Source of the DNA: Eledone cirrhosa
Taxonomy: Eukaryota
Length of the DNA: 64,000 nucleotides
Assembly (NCBI GenBank): GCA_964016885.1
Contig: OZ024751.1
Location: forward strand, 32,736,001 to 32,800,000
Reading direction: 5' to 3'
Shown here: positions 38,301 to 48,942 of the stretch, one piece after another
Position numbering within the stretch: position 1 is the first letter of the stretch
Layout of the letters: the number at the start of each line of letters is the position of its first letter
Position numbers and translations under genes: made by a program
The notes under the pieces: generated by a model
Database searches by the model: none
Seen by the model: only the letters and a program-made list of their open reading frames with translations
Told to the model about the DNA's origin: nothing

Positions 38301-38883
38301 GCGCATGAAAGACGACAGCTGTATAAAAATGTGCAGGGCAATAAAAATAAACGGTAGCCACGGAGTAGGCAGACCCAGAAAAACCTGGGACGACTTGATA
38401 AATTCCGACCTCACACACTTACACCTCTCCAAGACAATGTCACTGGACCGAGTTCTTTGGCGCTACACAGTAATAGAGAAGACCCGCCTTACCTAAGTAC
38501 AAAGTGAAACCTACTACAGTCAGTAGGCACCTCTAACAAAATACACCCCCGTCCCATTACCCCCACTCCATCCACACCACCCCTTTCAATGTAAAGTTAT
38601 GTTGGTACCACAACATCCAGCCCGAAACAAATGAGGTCGTGTAGGTGTCACGACAAAAGCACACACAGTCCACGCTGTAATGTGGGCGTGTAGGTAACAC
38701 GGTAAAAACCTCCCAGTTCCACACTGTAAATGTGGTTGGTGTTAGGAAGGGCATCCAACCGTAGAAAACCCGCCAGACAGTCCTATGCGAGCAAGACAAC
38801 CACTCTTGCCTCAAGTGGGAAAATTCCCGTCCAAACCCATGCGAGCGTGGAATATGGACGTTAAACGAAGATCATGATGATGA
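35357..38883 (+). mobile_element. Near full-length RTE-clade LINE (APE endonuclease, RT, PHD finger, 3' UTR), inactivated
   Basis: GTMNVGTL, CIQETRW, SAYAPQ, GNLNGHVG, DYIL, QHRL, DLEKAFDR, LYADD, FRYLG, WYGH, GRPRKTW; several stops and frameshifts; ends in (ATG)n. Confidence 0.95.
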
Positions 38884-39924
38884 TACATATATACATATAT
38901 ACATACATACACATATACACATATATACATATACACATATATACATATACACACATACACACATACACATACATTAGTATTCACACATACATATACATAC
39001 CAGTACCCATACATATATATATATATATATCAGTATTTCGAGTACGGCCACTACATTATATTCATGTAGGAGAACCCCTACCGATGCGCTGAACGAGTGT
39101 GACTTTTTAGTCCAGCCAGCGACTTGAAAACTCTTGTACAAACACTACACTTGTGATAATTATATATCTATCTATCTACCTACATATCTATCAATTATAT
39201 ATCTATCTACCTACATATCTATTTATGTATCTCAAAACCTTTTGCAACGTCTATCTTGAGATGTTAAACACCCTCTTACGCCATATCATGCTTGTTTGCC
39301 AAGGGGAGATAATTACATGATTGACTTTGACACGTGCGTACACACCAAACAAACTTAGACACACCCACATACAGCAATGGTAGACGAACGGCGCTGAATT
39401 TGATTTTCGGTGAAAACGTAACAAGTTGTGTTTCATTGTTTGAACAAACGGACCACTATTATTTCTTCTGGAAACTTTTTTTTATTTATTCTTACCCTCC
39501 TTTCTCGTCCATGGGAGCAAATAAGACATTTATTTTACAAGAGAGTCACTTCAGAAAATTACGCTATCAATATTGATACAGCACATAATAGTGATAACCA
39601 TTTCAATGCAACAACTTAAACAACAATAATATTAATGATATAAGGAAAAAGAGTTCAGAGGAAATTTAACAGAAGAAAGAAGAAATGAATTAAGAGAGGA
39701 AACTAGAATTTCTCAATGAAGCAAGACGAGGAAGACAAAGGTATGCTAAACATGTGTTTAATTAACATTACAAATTGTTCAGTTCTTTCAGAATGAAAAT
39801 AAAAACACATAATACAATGTGTATAAAAATATCTCTATTTGATTTCTAGCTTCGAAAAACTGTCAATTTATTTATGAAAATGCAAAGGAACGGTTGAACA
39901 TCAGAGCAAAAGACAGCAGCGAGG

Positions 39925-40090
39925 GGTAAATTTTTCAGCCTGTGGGGAGTCGGGCCGCTGACTGCGAGGTTCCTCTCTTCACTGGCGGCTCGCCTAATAG
40001 AGGTAACTGGCGAGGGCGCTTGTTTCTTCCAGCACCCCAGCCTCGCCATCACTCGAGGTAACACTGCCAGTGTGCTGGCTTGCCTTAAAA
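39925..40090 (+). mobile_element. C-terminal relic of a second CRE-like family
   Basis: Translates as GVGPLTARFLSSLAARLIEVTGEGACFFQHPSLAITRGNTASVL, matching the array CRE end (GVLGPRATSLL...FQRVSLAVLRGNAFSIL). Confidence 0.7.
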
Positions 40091-40569
40091 ATCATTAGAG
40101 AGGTTGCCCAGTACCCCTGGCTGCTGTCTTTTGCTCTGGTGTTGGCTCCGTTTTCCACCCCTTCAATTTATACTGTTACTTAAGCATTTGTAGTGTTATG
40201 TATATATTTAAAACATTTATGTTATTCTACTGTAAATTTATTTATATTCTTTGTATATATCATATGTGTTTATATTTTCACTCCCATTTGTAACGTTATT
40301 TAATATATAATAAGTGTTTCTACTTTTGGCACAAGGCCGGCAAATATTCAGTGTATTACTGGTACTTTATTTAATATATAATAACATTTCAAATTGTAAG
40401 ATGTAAATAATTGTTCCAAATGTATTTAGTTGTTAACAAACTATCAAATTTCTCTTTTATTCAGTTGTATAAATAACATTAGAAATCGTTTGCAATTCTT
40501 TCAGAATGAAAATATAAACAGAGCATATAAATAAATTTACAGTAGAATAACATAAATATGTTTTAAATA

Positions 40570-40626
40570 CAGTGGTACCTTGAGATACGAGTGAACCGAC
40601 ATACGATTTTTTTTTAGATACGAGCT
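40570..40626 (+). mobile_element. Tigger/pogo-like terminal inverted repeat remnant
   Basis: ta|cagtggtaccttgagatacgag...gatacgag: TA target followed by a CAGTGGTACCT terminus; partner end not found. Confidence 0.55.
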
Positions 40627-41034
40627 AGCGCGTGCCTGCTGCTTGATTTTTACATGTTAATTTTCTGACATGCTTCATTTTTACACGAAAAAACATTGAA
40701 TTTTTAGAATAAATATTTATTAAAATATTAACAGAGAAAATTAGATTTTTGATTTAATTTTTTAACAAAATAAATATTTATTTACAGTTTTTCACAGAAA
40801 AACTATGCTTCATTTTTACATGAATATTTATTTACAGTTTTTAACAGAAAAAATATTGCTGCGAAATACATTTTTTTTTTTAACAGATTTACAGTTTTTA
40901 ACAGAAAAAAAATTCTTTAAACACTATATTGTTGCGATATACAGTAAATTTTTTTTACCGGTGCAATTTTATGCGTGATGTATGTAGTGAATGGGTTGAG
41001 CAAAATCCGGCGATACTCGGTGGTCTTGATTCTG

Positions 41035-41230
41035 CCGAGACTGCTGCCTCTCATTGAAAGGCACTGTGCAAATGGATCTATGATCCATACAGATGAGTGG
41101 CGGGTATGCCTGGTCGTTATACACATCTCACTGTCAATCGTTCAAAGCATTTCGTTGATCCCATATCAAGTACACACACGCAAAATATTGAGGGGTGTAC
41201 CAGCCGACCAATATTTCAGTCGTATTTAAG
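41035..41230 (+). mobile_element. Merlin / IS1595 (ISXO2)-like transposase fragment
   Basis: LLPLIERHCANGSMIHTDEWR, then after a frameshift YTHLTVNRSKHFVDPISSTHTQNIEG, the D and E catalytic blocks of this family. Confidence 0.8.
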
Positions 41231-41639
41231 GGAGTTTCAGTGGCAATGTCACGTATCCAACTGGTGAAGGTAAATGTTTCGAAAAAAATGTAGGTGTTCT
41301 AATGCAGTTTATATATAATATCGTCTATGCAAATGTTGGTATTGTGAAGTGCGACGTAGTTCCACTACGCATTAAAACAAACATTTGCATACGCAATAAT
41401 GTCAAACTGACCAATGGGAGGTTGCGTATGAATACATGGGCAGTCTCACTCTCTTGTTAAAAACCCGACACAGTTGACGCGTACCAGACAGACCGACACA
41501 GTTGACGCGTGAAGATGTATCTATAAAAAATGGTGACCTGGCTGTAAAGAATACATCCTTCACACACATAAAAAAAAAATGTCGAGTTTACAATAACACA
41601 ATATTTTGTTTGCACATGGCATTTTTGTCCAATGTGGCG

Positions 41640-42100
41640 ACTCACCTCCTATTTCTTCATCACTTATTCCCGCGCTTTTACTTTGGCCAACTGTTTCAAG
41701 GATACTACGGACTTCAAAAGATTATTTTTAAATGTTTTGTTCGCAACTATTTTGTTAAAGTTTACGAACGTCTTTGATGAACACCTTGGCGACTATACAC
41801 CTACACAGCTCTTACGCTGATAACATTTTGGAGTACTCCGGCAATTCGACCACTACTACGCCTTCACGACTTGCATGAAAACTAGGCAACAAACCTTTAA
41901 ATATTCTGTTCCGAGGGACTTTCCTCGTGGACCCATGTTTTTGTCAGAAATGACGGTGAGAAGACCTCTCACTCCACCTTATTCTGGACCCTATCGTGTA
42001 CTTGCACGTAGAGATAAACATTTCACCTTTGACTTTAATGGACATAAAGACACACTCTATTGACAGACTAAAGCGGGCCTACACAGATGCTCTCACATCA
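41640..42100 (+). mobile_element. Gypsy LTR retrotransposon relic (gag scrap plus integrase C-terminus)
   Basis: LGDYTPTQLLR (gag-like) followed by VRRPLTPPYSGPYRVLARRDKHF...NG...SIDRLKRAY (GPY/F motif). Confidence 0.75.
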
Positions 42101-42896
42101 GAGCCTCATACTCCCCTCTGCTACAATGTGTCAATACAAGCACCACCGCAAACACCACAATCACATTCAAACACTCCTTTACTTTCAACATACATCAAAC
42201 TGACCAATGGGAAGTTGCGTATGACAGACCGAACTGACTTGCAGATGATACATCGCGCGAAAATTTATTGTAAAATGACTCCTACAATCCTTTTCGACAA
42301 ATAAAATTATATTTATAGAGGAGTGAGCATTGAAGAGCTATTTATTTATATCCTGGAAGTCGGCAGCATTTACTACCGATAAGAAGCTACCAACTCTTCG
42401 ATTAAGGTATTTCAATTATATCACTTATAACTAATATCCTTCGAAGACCTATAACAACAATGTAAAATCATATAGATAATATTTAGCCCCTCATCCTTAT
42501 CTATAAATGTATCATTTATCACATAAGACAGTGTAACACAGTCTTCGTTCAACTAATGTGTATATTGTCAATTGCGATTTTATTTGACGTATATCTACAT
42601 GTATATATACTTGCGTATAATATCAATATACACACTACACATGCTAGCAGAAAACCACTCGTAGTATATATATATATAGCGTAGAGTGTAGCTAGTGTAT
42701 GTATGTATATATAAGTATGTATGTATATATATGTGTGTGTAAAAATGTCAATAATGACCTTTTTTTTTTTTTTTTTGACAAAAAACTTGAATTTAAGTTG
42801 TCATGTTTACCTTAATTAACATTTTAAAAGAAAAGTTGGTTATTTTGACATCCCCCCCCCCTCCCCAAACTAAAAACAAGACATAAAAATTTAAAT

Positions 42897-43140
42897 TTAA
42901 GTTTTAATTGTAAAAGTAACATTATCATATTTTAGCTCCTTGAGTTCCTTAAGTGCGTATTTCAGCTCGTATTCCCCATTTTCTAAACACAATGCTTTTG
43001 CAACCGAATCTTCACTCATTGAATTCTGTATTCGTAGACCTGACTTTTCCCAGCAATTTACAATTGTCTCTTTTACAACCGAATCCCATGCCTGGACTGA
43101 CCAAAAATACCATGCAATAACTGTTTTTACTTTTGCCAGC
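42897..43140 (-). mobile_element. Tigger/pogo DDE transposase C-terminal fragment
   Basis: QAWDSVVKETIVNCWEKSGL matches AW..V...TI.NCW.K.G. Confidence 0.7.
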
Positions 43141-44085
43141 AATTATTCCAGTGCATCACTGGTACTTTATTTATCGACCCTATAAGGATGAAAGGCCAAG
43201 TTGAACTCGGAAAATAAAGGGGCGTAACTCATGACGTTCCTTTTAAATTGACACTTTCACATCTTTATTAACCAACTTTATTAATAAAAATCGTATTGTA
43301 GTTGCTTTTGAATGACCAAATTATTCCTTGGTCTAAAGGTTGTAATTTTGTAGTTGTGTTCGAGGGTAGAAAAAAAAAGTTTTATATTTTAAAAGCTTTG
43401 TTTGTGGCATGCTGCATTATCAAGGAGCAATAATACTTTTCTCTATTGTTTAAAAAATTCGTAATTGATTTCTTTTAGGTAAAATGAAAATATATTGTCT
43501 GTCATCCATCCGTAATGTTCTTTTTATAATAAAATTCCTGTTTAGAAATGTCAATATTCTTGAAACAACGAGGTTTAAGGCTTTTTTCAGTAAAAAGGGG
43601 TTTAAACTTTTCACCAGTTGCACTACATGTGAATAGTACTGTAATTCTCTTTTGATTCCTCTAATTTTGTATTATCATCGTTAAGAAAAACATAACTTTT
43701 AGTCCCTCTCCTTATTCCTACCCTTTGTCTCATCCTCGAATCCATATTCTCAGTCCCTGTCTCCTATTCCTTATCTCTCTATCTCTTACTTTTTATTATT
43801 TATTTAATCCTTTGATATTTTATTATACAACTTGCCTTTTTATTTTGCTGAAACATATATCGTATTCCTTTTCATGTTATTGTTATCATTATTGTCATCA
43901 CTATTTTACACATCCACTTAGTCACCACTATAACTTCTACTATTATCAGAAACCGTATTTTGTACTTATTTTTTATATCGTCATTCTTTCTTCTTTATAC
44001 TTTTATTATTGTTTATCTTTTATTATTGATGTTTTCGTTTTCATTCACTCGATTCTCTGATGTATCTATAAATGCTAATGCCATG

Positions 44086-44258
44086 TGTTACACCCTCCAG
44101 TATTCCGATGATTTTATCAGAGCCACACACTGTATTTAAGGTCGAGTGATTAGCGACTTTTAGACTCACCTGTTCAATGAAACAATTGTTAGTACTGTAA
44201 ATAAAACCCTTTTTATACAGCCGACCATCTTACTCTTCATTCTTTCACTACTATTACT
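44086..44258 (+). mobile_element. Possible solo LTR
   Basis: Starts tgttac, contains tatttaa and aataaa, ends attact (degenerate); no target-site duplication confirmed. Confidence 0.3.
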
Positions 44259-44361
44259 CCAAGATCGACCTGCATGGGAATTATTGCAAACTCGCTACCT
44301 AAGTAAGGAAACCTCTCACTGGATTACCTAAAACGATAACTTGTTATCCCATGTGTATATA

Positions 44362-44885
44362 TCATCATCATCGTTTAAAGTCTATCTTCCACGCTAGCAT
44401 GGGTTTAGACGGGAGATGTCCCACTTGAGGCAAGATTGGTTTTTCTCGCTCGTATAGGACTGTCTGGCAGGTTTTCTACGGTTGGGTGCCCTTCCTAACA
44501 CCAACCACGTTTAGTGTGGACTGGGAGGTTTTTACCGTGTTACCTACACGGGCACATTACAGCGTGGAGATTTTTTTTTTTTTTTTTTTTTGTCGTGACA
44601 TCTACACGACCTCATTTATTTAGGGCTGGATGTTGTGGTACCAACATAACTTTACAGAGAAAGAGGTTGGAGGAGAGGGTAGTGGGATGCGGGTGTATTT
44701 TTGGTTAAGAGGTGCCTACTGACGAGGTTTCGCGTTGTACATAGACAAATCAGGTCTTCTGTATTACTGCGTAGTGCCAAAGATCTCTGTCCGGTGACAT
44801 TGTCTTGGAGAGATGTATGTAAGGTCGGAATTTATCAGATCGTCCCAGGTTTTTCTGGGTCTGCCTACTCCGTAACTTCCATCAA
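44362..44885 (-). mobile_element. RTE 3' end, same family as 35357-38883
   Basis: Reverse complement of ~38350-38880 (cctcaagtggga, gtaggcagacccagaaaaacctgggacga), with a (CAT)n end. Confidence 0.9.
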
Positions 44886-44920
44886 TTTTGATATATATAT
44901 ATATGTGTGTGTATATATTT

Positions 44921-45075
44921 GTCCTGGGTATGACATTAAACTACATCCAGTGGCAAGGCTCAAGTTCAGGAGGAACTGTGGGGAACGTGGAGTTACCCCC
45001 TTAGTTGTCATAACTCCCAGGTCTGCTCTGGCCTGGTGTAGTAGTACCTGTTAGGGCCCCTTTTATAGGTTAAAT
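44921..45075. repeat. Unclassified dispersed repeat, also in every 3.3 kb unit (e.g. 48191-48345)
   Basis: gtcctgggtatgacattaaactacatcc...gtagtacctgtt recurs nearly identically. Confidence 0.6.
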
Positions 45076-45589
45076 AATAAGATGACAGATCGGGGTACCC
45101 CTATCAAAGGCCTTCTCTAGGTCAACAAAGGCTAAGTATAGTGGCTTATTTTTCTCTAAGAACCTCTCTTGTAATTGTCTCATCAAGAAGAGGGCATCTG
45201 TTGTACTATTCCCAGGCACAAAACCAAACTGCATCTCATCTAGTTTGACCCTTTCTCTAATTAGTTGTGCTAATATCCTTTCTGCCACTTTCATAACCTG
45301 ATCCATCAGTTTTATACCCCTATAATTTCTCCTCTCAAGAGCATCCCCTTTACTTTTGCACTAGTCTTTGGGTATGACACTGCCATATATAGCCTGATTG
45401 ATGTGTGCAACCAGTTTAGTGCCTACGTCCCCTGAGGCCTTCAGCATCTCAACAACTATCTCCGATGGTCCAGCAGCCTCACCATTTTTCATTTCCTTAA
45501 TTGCCTCTTGGACCCTATATTCGTCAATCTCAATAGCTGGTTCTTCTGTCTGATCTACTGAGGGTAATTTCTCTCTCTCCCATGTATAT

Positions 45590-45626
<37 letters not shown>

Positions 45627-47135
45627 CTTGAAATATTTGTAAATGTCTGAGAGATTGGCTAAATGTTTTACAGTGTACTGTGCCACTAAACTGCACCATA
45701 CTAAATCACACTACACTACACTGCACTGTACTGTTCACGCTAACGCTACTGTTTTCTATTTTGCAGTTATGATCAGTAAGAGAAAGGAAGTTATTTCAAC
45801 AAAAGCTAAGTATAGTGGCTTCTAATAACCTCTCTTGTAGTTGTCTCGCTAAGAGGGTATCTGTTGCACTTTTCCCAGGCACATAACCAAACTGCATCGC
45901 ATCTAGTTGGACCCTTTCTATAATTAGTTGCGCTAATATCCTTTCTGCCACTTTCACAACCTGATCCATCAGCTTTATTCCTCTATAATTGCTCATGTCC
46001 AGAGCATCTCCTTTACCTTTGTAGCAATTTACGAGAATATTGCTGCAGCAGTCTTTGAGTACAAAACCGACATATATAGCCTGATTTGATGAAGCGTGCA
46101 ACCAGTTGAGTGCCTATGTCCCCTGATGCCTGCAGCATCTCGGCAACTATTCCTGACGGTCCAGCGGCCTTACCATTATTCATTTCCTTAATCGCCTCTT
46201 AGACCATATATTCGTCAATCTGAATAGCTGATCCCTCTGTCGGATGTACTGGGGGGGTAATTTCTCTCTTTCTCACATTGGGTCTCCACATTCATCAGTC
46301 TCTCTTAATGACATTTCCAGGCCTTTTTTTTCTGACCATCCGTAAAACTAAGTACGCCGGCATCATTAAGCAGACAAACTTAATCTCGATTTGCACTGAC
46401 ACACAGCCTCGCAATACGGAACACGGCGCGTCTTTGATCGTCTTGTCGAGCAGCCTCCTTGCGTGCTAAGTACACCTAACCTCTAGCTTCTCTCTTAGCG
46501 GCTGTATATTCTTCTCTACTCGCACTAATTTTGCAAGCATTCCATGCTAGTCTTTAGTCTCCAATGGCCCGATCTACCGTGCTGTCCCACCACCATGTCA
46601 CTCTCTGTCTGGTTGGAACTCTGATCCAGCCACAAGTTTCATCAGTAACCTGCAGTAAGGTATCGCATAAGAAATTCCAGTTATCATCTATGTTGTACGA
46701 CTCTAAATCGTCTTCTTTTTCATCATACACATATTGAAGGGCTTTCCTAAATTTGTATTTTAGTGAGAGCTCTTTTAGCTTCCAGACCTTTCTTTTTTCC
46801 ACACCTTCCTGTATGTCTCATTCAGTCTCTTGCTTGGGGTACATTCTTCCCCGGGGTATGCCTTTGTATTTGACACCATCTGCCTGTCCCGCTGCCTAAC
46901 TAGCAAGAAGTCAATCTGGCTTATGTGCTTGCCTGATTTGTAGGTTATTAGGTGGTTGGCAGATTTGTGTAAGTTAGTGTTGTAGATGGTTAGTGCAATT
47001 GCATCGCAAAATTCAAGAAGTTTCACTGCTTCATTTCTTAAGCCGTAAGTGTGCCCAACATGTACCTCGGTGTAACCATCGTAGAGCTGTCCAACATGAC
47101 CATTGAAATCCCCTGCTAGCATAACGATGTCTCCG
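45076..47135 (-). mobile_element. Two degraded RTE fragments (45076-45583 and 45795-47135)
   Basis: MDQVMKVAERIL...DLEKAFDR, NYRGIKLMDQ, VTWWWDS, AGDFNGHVG. Confidence 0.9.
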
Positions 47136-47307
47136 TCCTGTCATTGTGGCTGTTTGTAAAAATTGCTTGTAAATGCAGAATTTCTTTTCTTTACCTAGCA
47201 GCAGTTTCTTGCTCTCAATTAACCCTAAAACTAGCCGTAACGCTAACAGTAACACTAACCGTAACACTAACTTATGCAGGCCTAGGTAAAGACGAGAAAG
47301 ATAAAAC

Positions 47308-47560
47308 AAGGAGTGATGCTATTTGAATTTTGTGATGCAAGTGTTTTAACCATTTGCAAAACCAACTTCCGCAAACCTGCCAACTGCCTAATAACCTACG
47401 AATTAGGCAAGCACAGAAGCCGGATTTCTCGGTAGTTAGGCAGCGAGACAGACAGATGGTGTGAAGTACCAGGGTGTGCCCCGGGGAGGACTGTTTCCCA
47501 CAGCGTGGGTTGGTTGTTGGTGATGTCTCGGTGATCCTGAGACGGAGTGAGGAGGGTGTT
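47308..47560 (+). mobile_element. RTE endonuclease fragment inverted relative to its neighbour (in each complete unit, e.g. 50653-50900)
   Basis: EFCDA...NFRKPANCLITY coding; aligns with the reverse complement of ~50130-50377. Confidence 0.88.
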
Positions 47561-47632
47561 TATAGGTAAATAGATAGACTGATGCACAGATATCTGGATA
47601 GATTGATAGAGAGATAGATATATAGAGAGCAT

Positions 47633-48097
47633 CATTATCATCGTCTGTTCATCATTTTACGTCCGCTTTTCCCTGCTTGAAAGGGTGGGACAGGTCCTCT
47701 TGAGCAAAGCATCTCTTCACTTGTCACGGTCCTTCGTCATCTCCTTGGTGAGTTTCAGCGATCTGAAGTCGGCTCTCACCACCTCCACCCATGTTTTTCG
47801 TGGTCTTCCTCTACTGCGTCTCCCTTCTTTACCCAGCGCTCAACCTCCATGCGCATCACATGTCCATACCATCTCAGTCCTCTCTTGCACACCACAACTT
47901 ATCCCTCTTAAACACAGTTTCTCTCTCAACTCGTTTATGCTTGGTCGTTCCCGCACATTGACATTGCACATCCAACGGAGCGTGCTTGCTTCATTTCTCT
48001 CCAGCCATCGCATACCCTCTGCAGTTGCTGTCCATGTTTCACTACCATGCAGGGTCGCACATCACGCATAGGCATCATGTAACCACACTTTCGTACG
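47633..48097 (-). mobile_element. RTE 3' end (in each complete unit)
   Basis: LHGSETW...LERNEASTLRWMC, with tail gcggacgtaaaatgatga. Confidence 0.9.
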
Positions 48098-48113
48098 CAT
48101 ATATATATTTGTA

Positions 48114-48153
<40 letters not shown>

Positions 48154-48864
48154 TATATGTGTGTATGTATATATATGTATGTATATATTTGTCCTGGGTA
48201 TGACATTAAACTACATCCAGTGGCAAGGCTCAAGTTCAGGAGGAACTGTGGGGAACATGGAGTTACCCCCTTAGTTGTCATAACTCCCAGGTCTGCTCTG
48301 GCCTGGTGTAGTAGTACCTGTTGGGGCCCCATTTATAGGTTAAATAATAAGATGACAGATCGGCGTACCCTATCAAAGGCCTTCTCTAGGTCAACAAAGG
48401 CTAAGTATAGTGGCTTATTTTTCTCTAAGAACCTCTCTTGTAATTGTCTCATCAAGAAGAGGGCATCTGTTGTACTATTCCCAGGCACAAAACCAAACTG
48501 CATCTCATCTAGTTTGACCCTTTCTCTAATTAGTTGTGCTAATATCCTTTCTGCCACTTTCATAACCTGATCCATCAGTTTTATATCCCTATAATTTCTC
48601 CTCTCAAGAGCGTCCCCTTTACTTTTGCACTAGTCTTTGGGTATGACACTGCCATATATAGCCTGATTGATGATGTGTGCAACCAGTTTAGTGCCTACGT
48701 CCCCTGAGGCCTTCAGCATCTCAGCAACTATCTCCGATGGTCCAGCAGCCTCACCATTTTTCATTTCCTTAATCGCCTCTTGGACCCTATATTCGTTAAT
48801 CTCAATTTTAAATGGACCTCTTGATAAGACGAAATGACCTGTATAATTTTTTTTTCATATTTAG

Positions 48865-48942
48865 ATGGAATAGAAGAAAAAGAAGAGAAATGAAAGCAAT
48901 GAAATTAAGTTTTAGAGAAAATATACGCCAACGACAATGGAG
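48865..48942 (+). other. Candidate 78 bp exon; also 52212-52289, 55557-55634, 58902-58979, 62251-62328
   Basis: tttttttttcatatttag acceptor and AG|gtatga donor; one open frame WNRRKRREMKAMKLSFRENIRQRQW, same phase at both ends. Confidence 0.4.

Noticed and set aside
35497-38496. Active LINE or domesticated RT gene
   Set aside because: Multiple stops and frameshifts split the ORF.
39630-39745. R/E-rich stretch ending in ag|gtatg as an exon or Helitron start
   Set aside because: Contains stops and has no clear acceptor or diagnostic motif.
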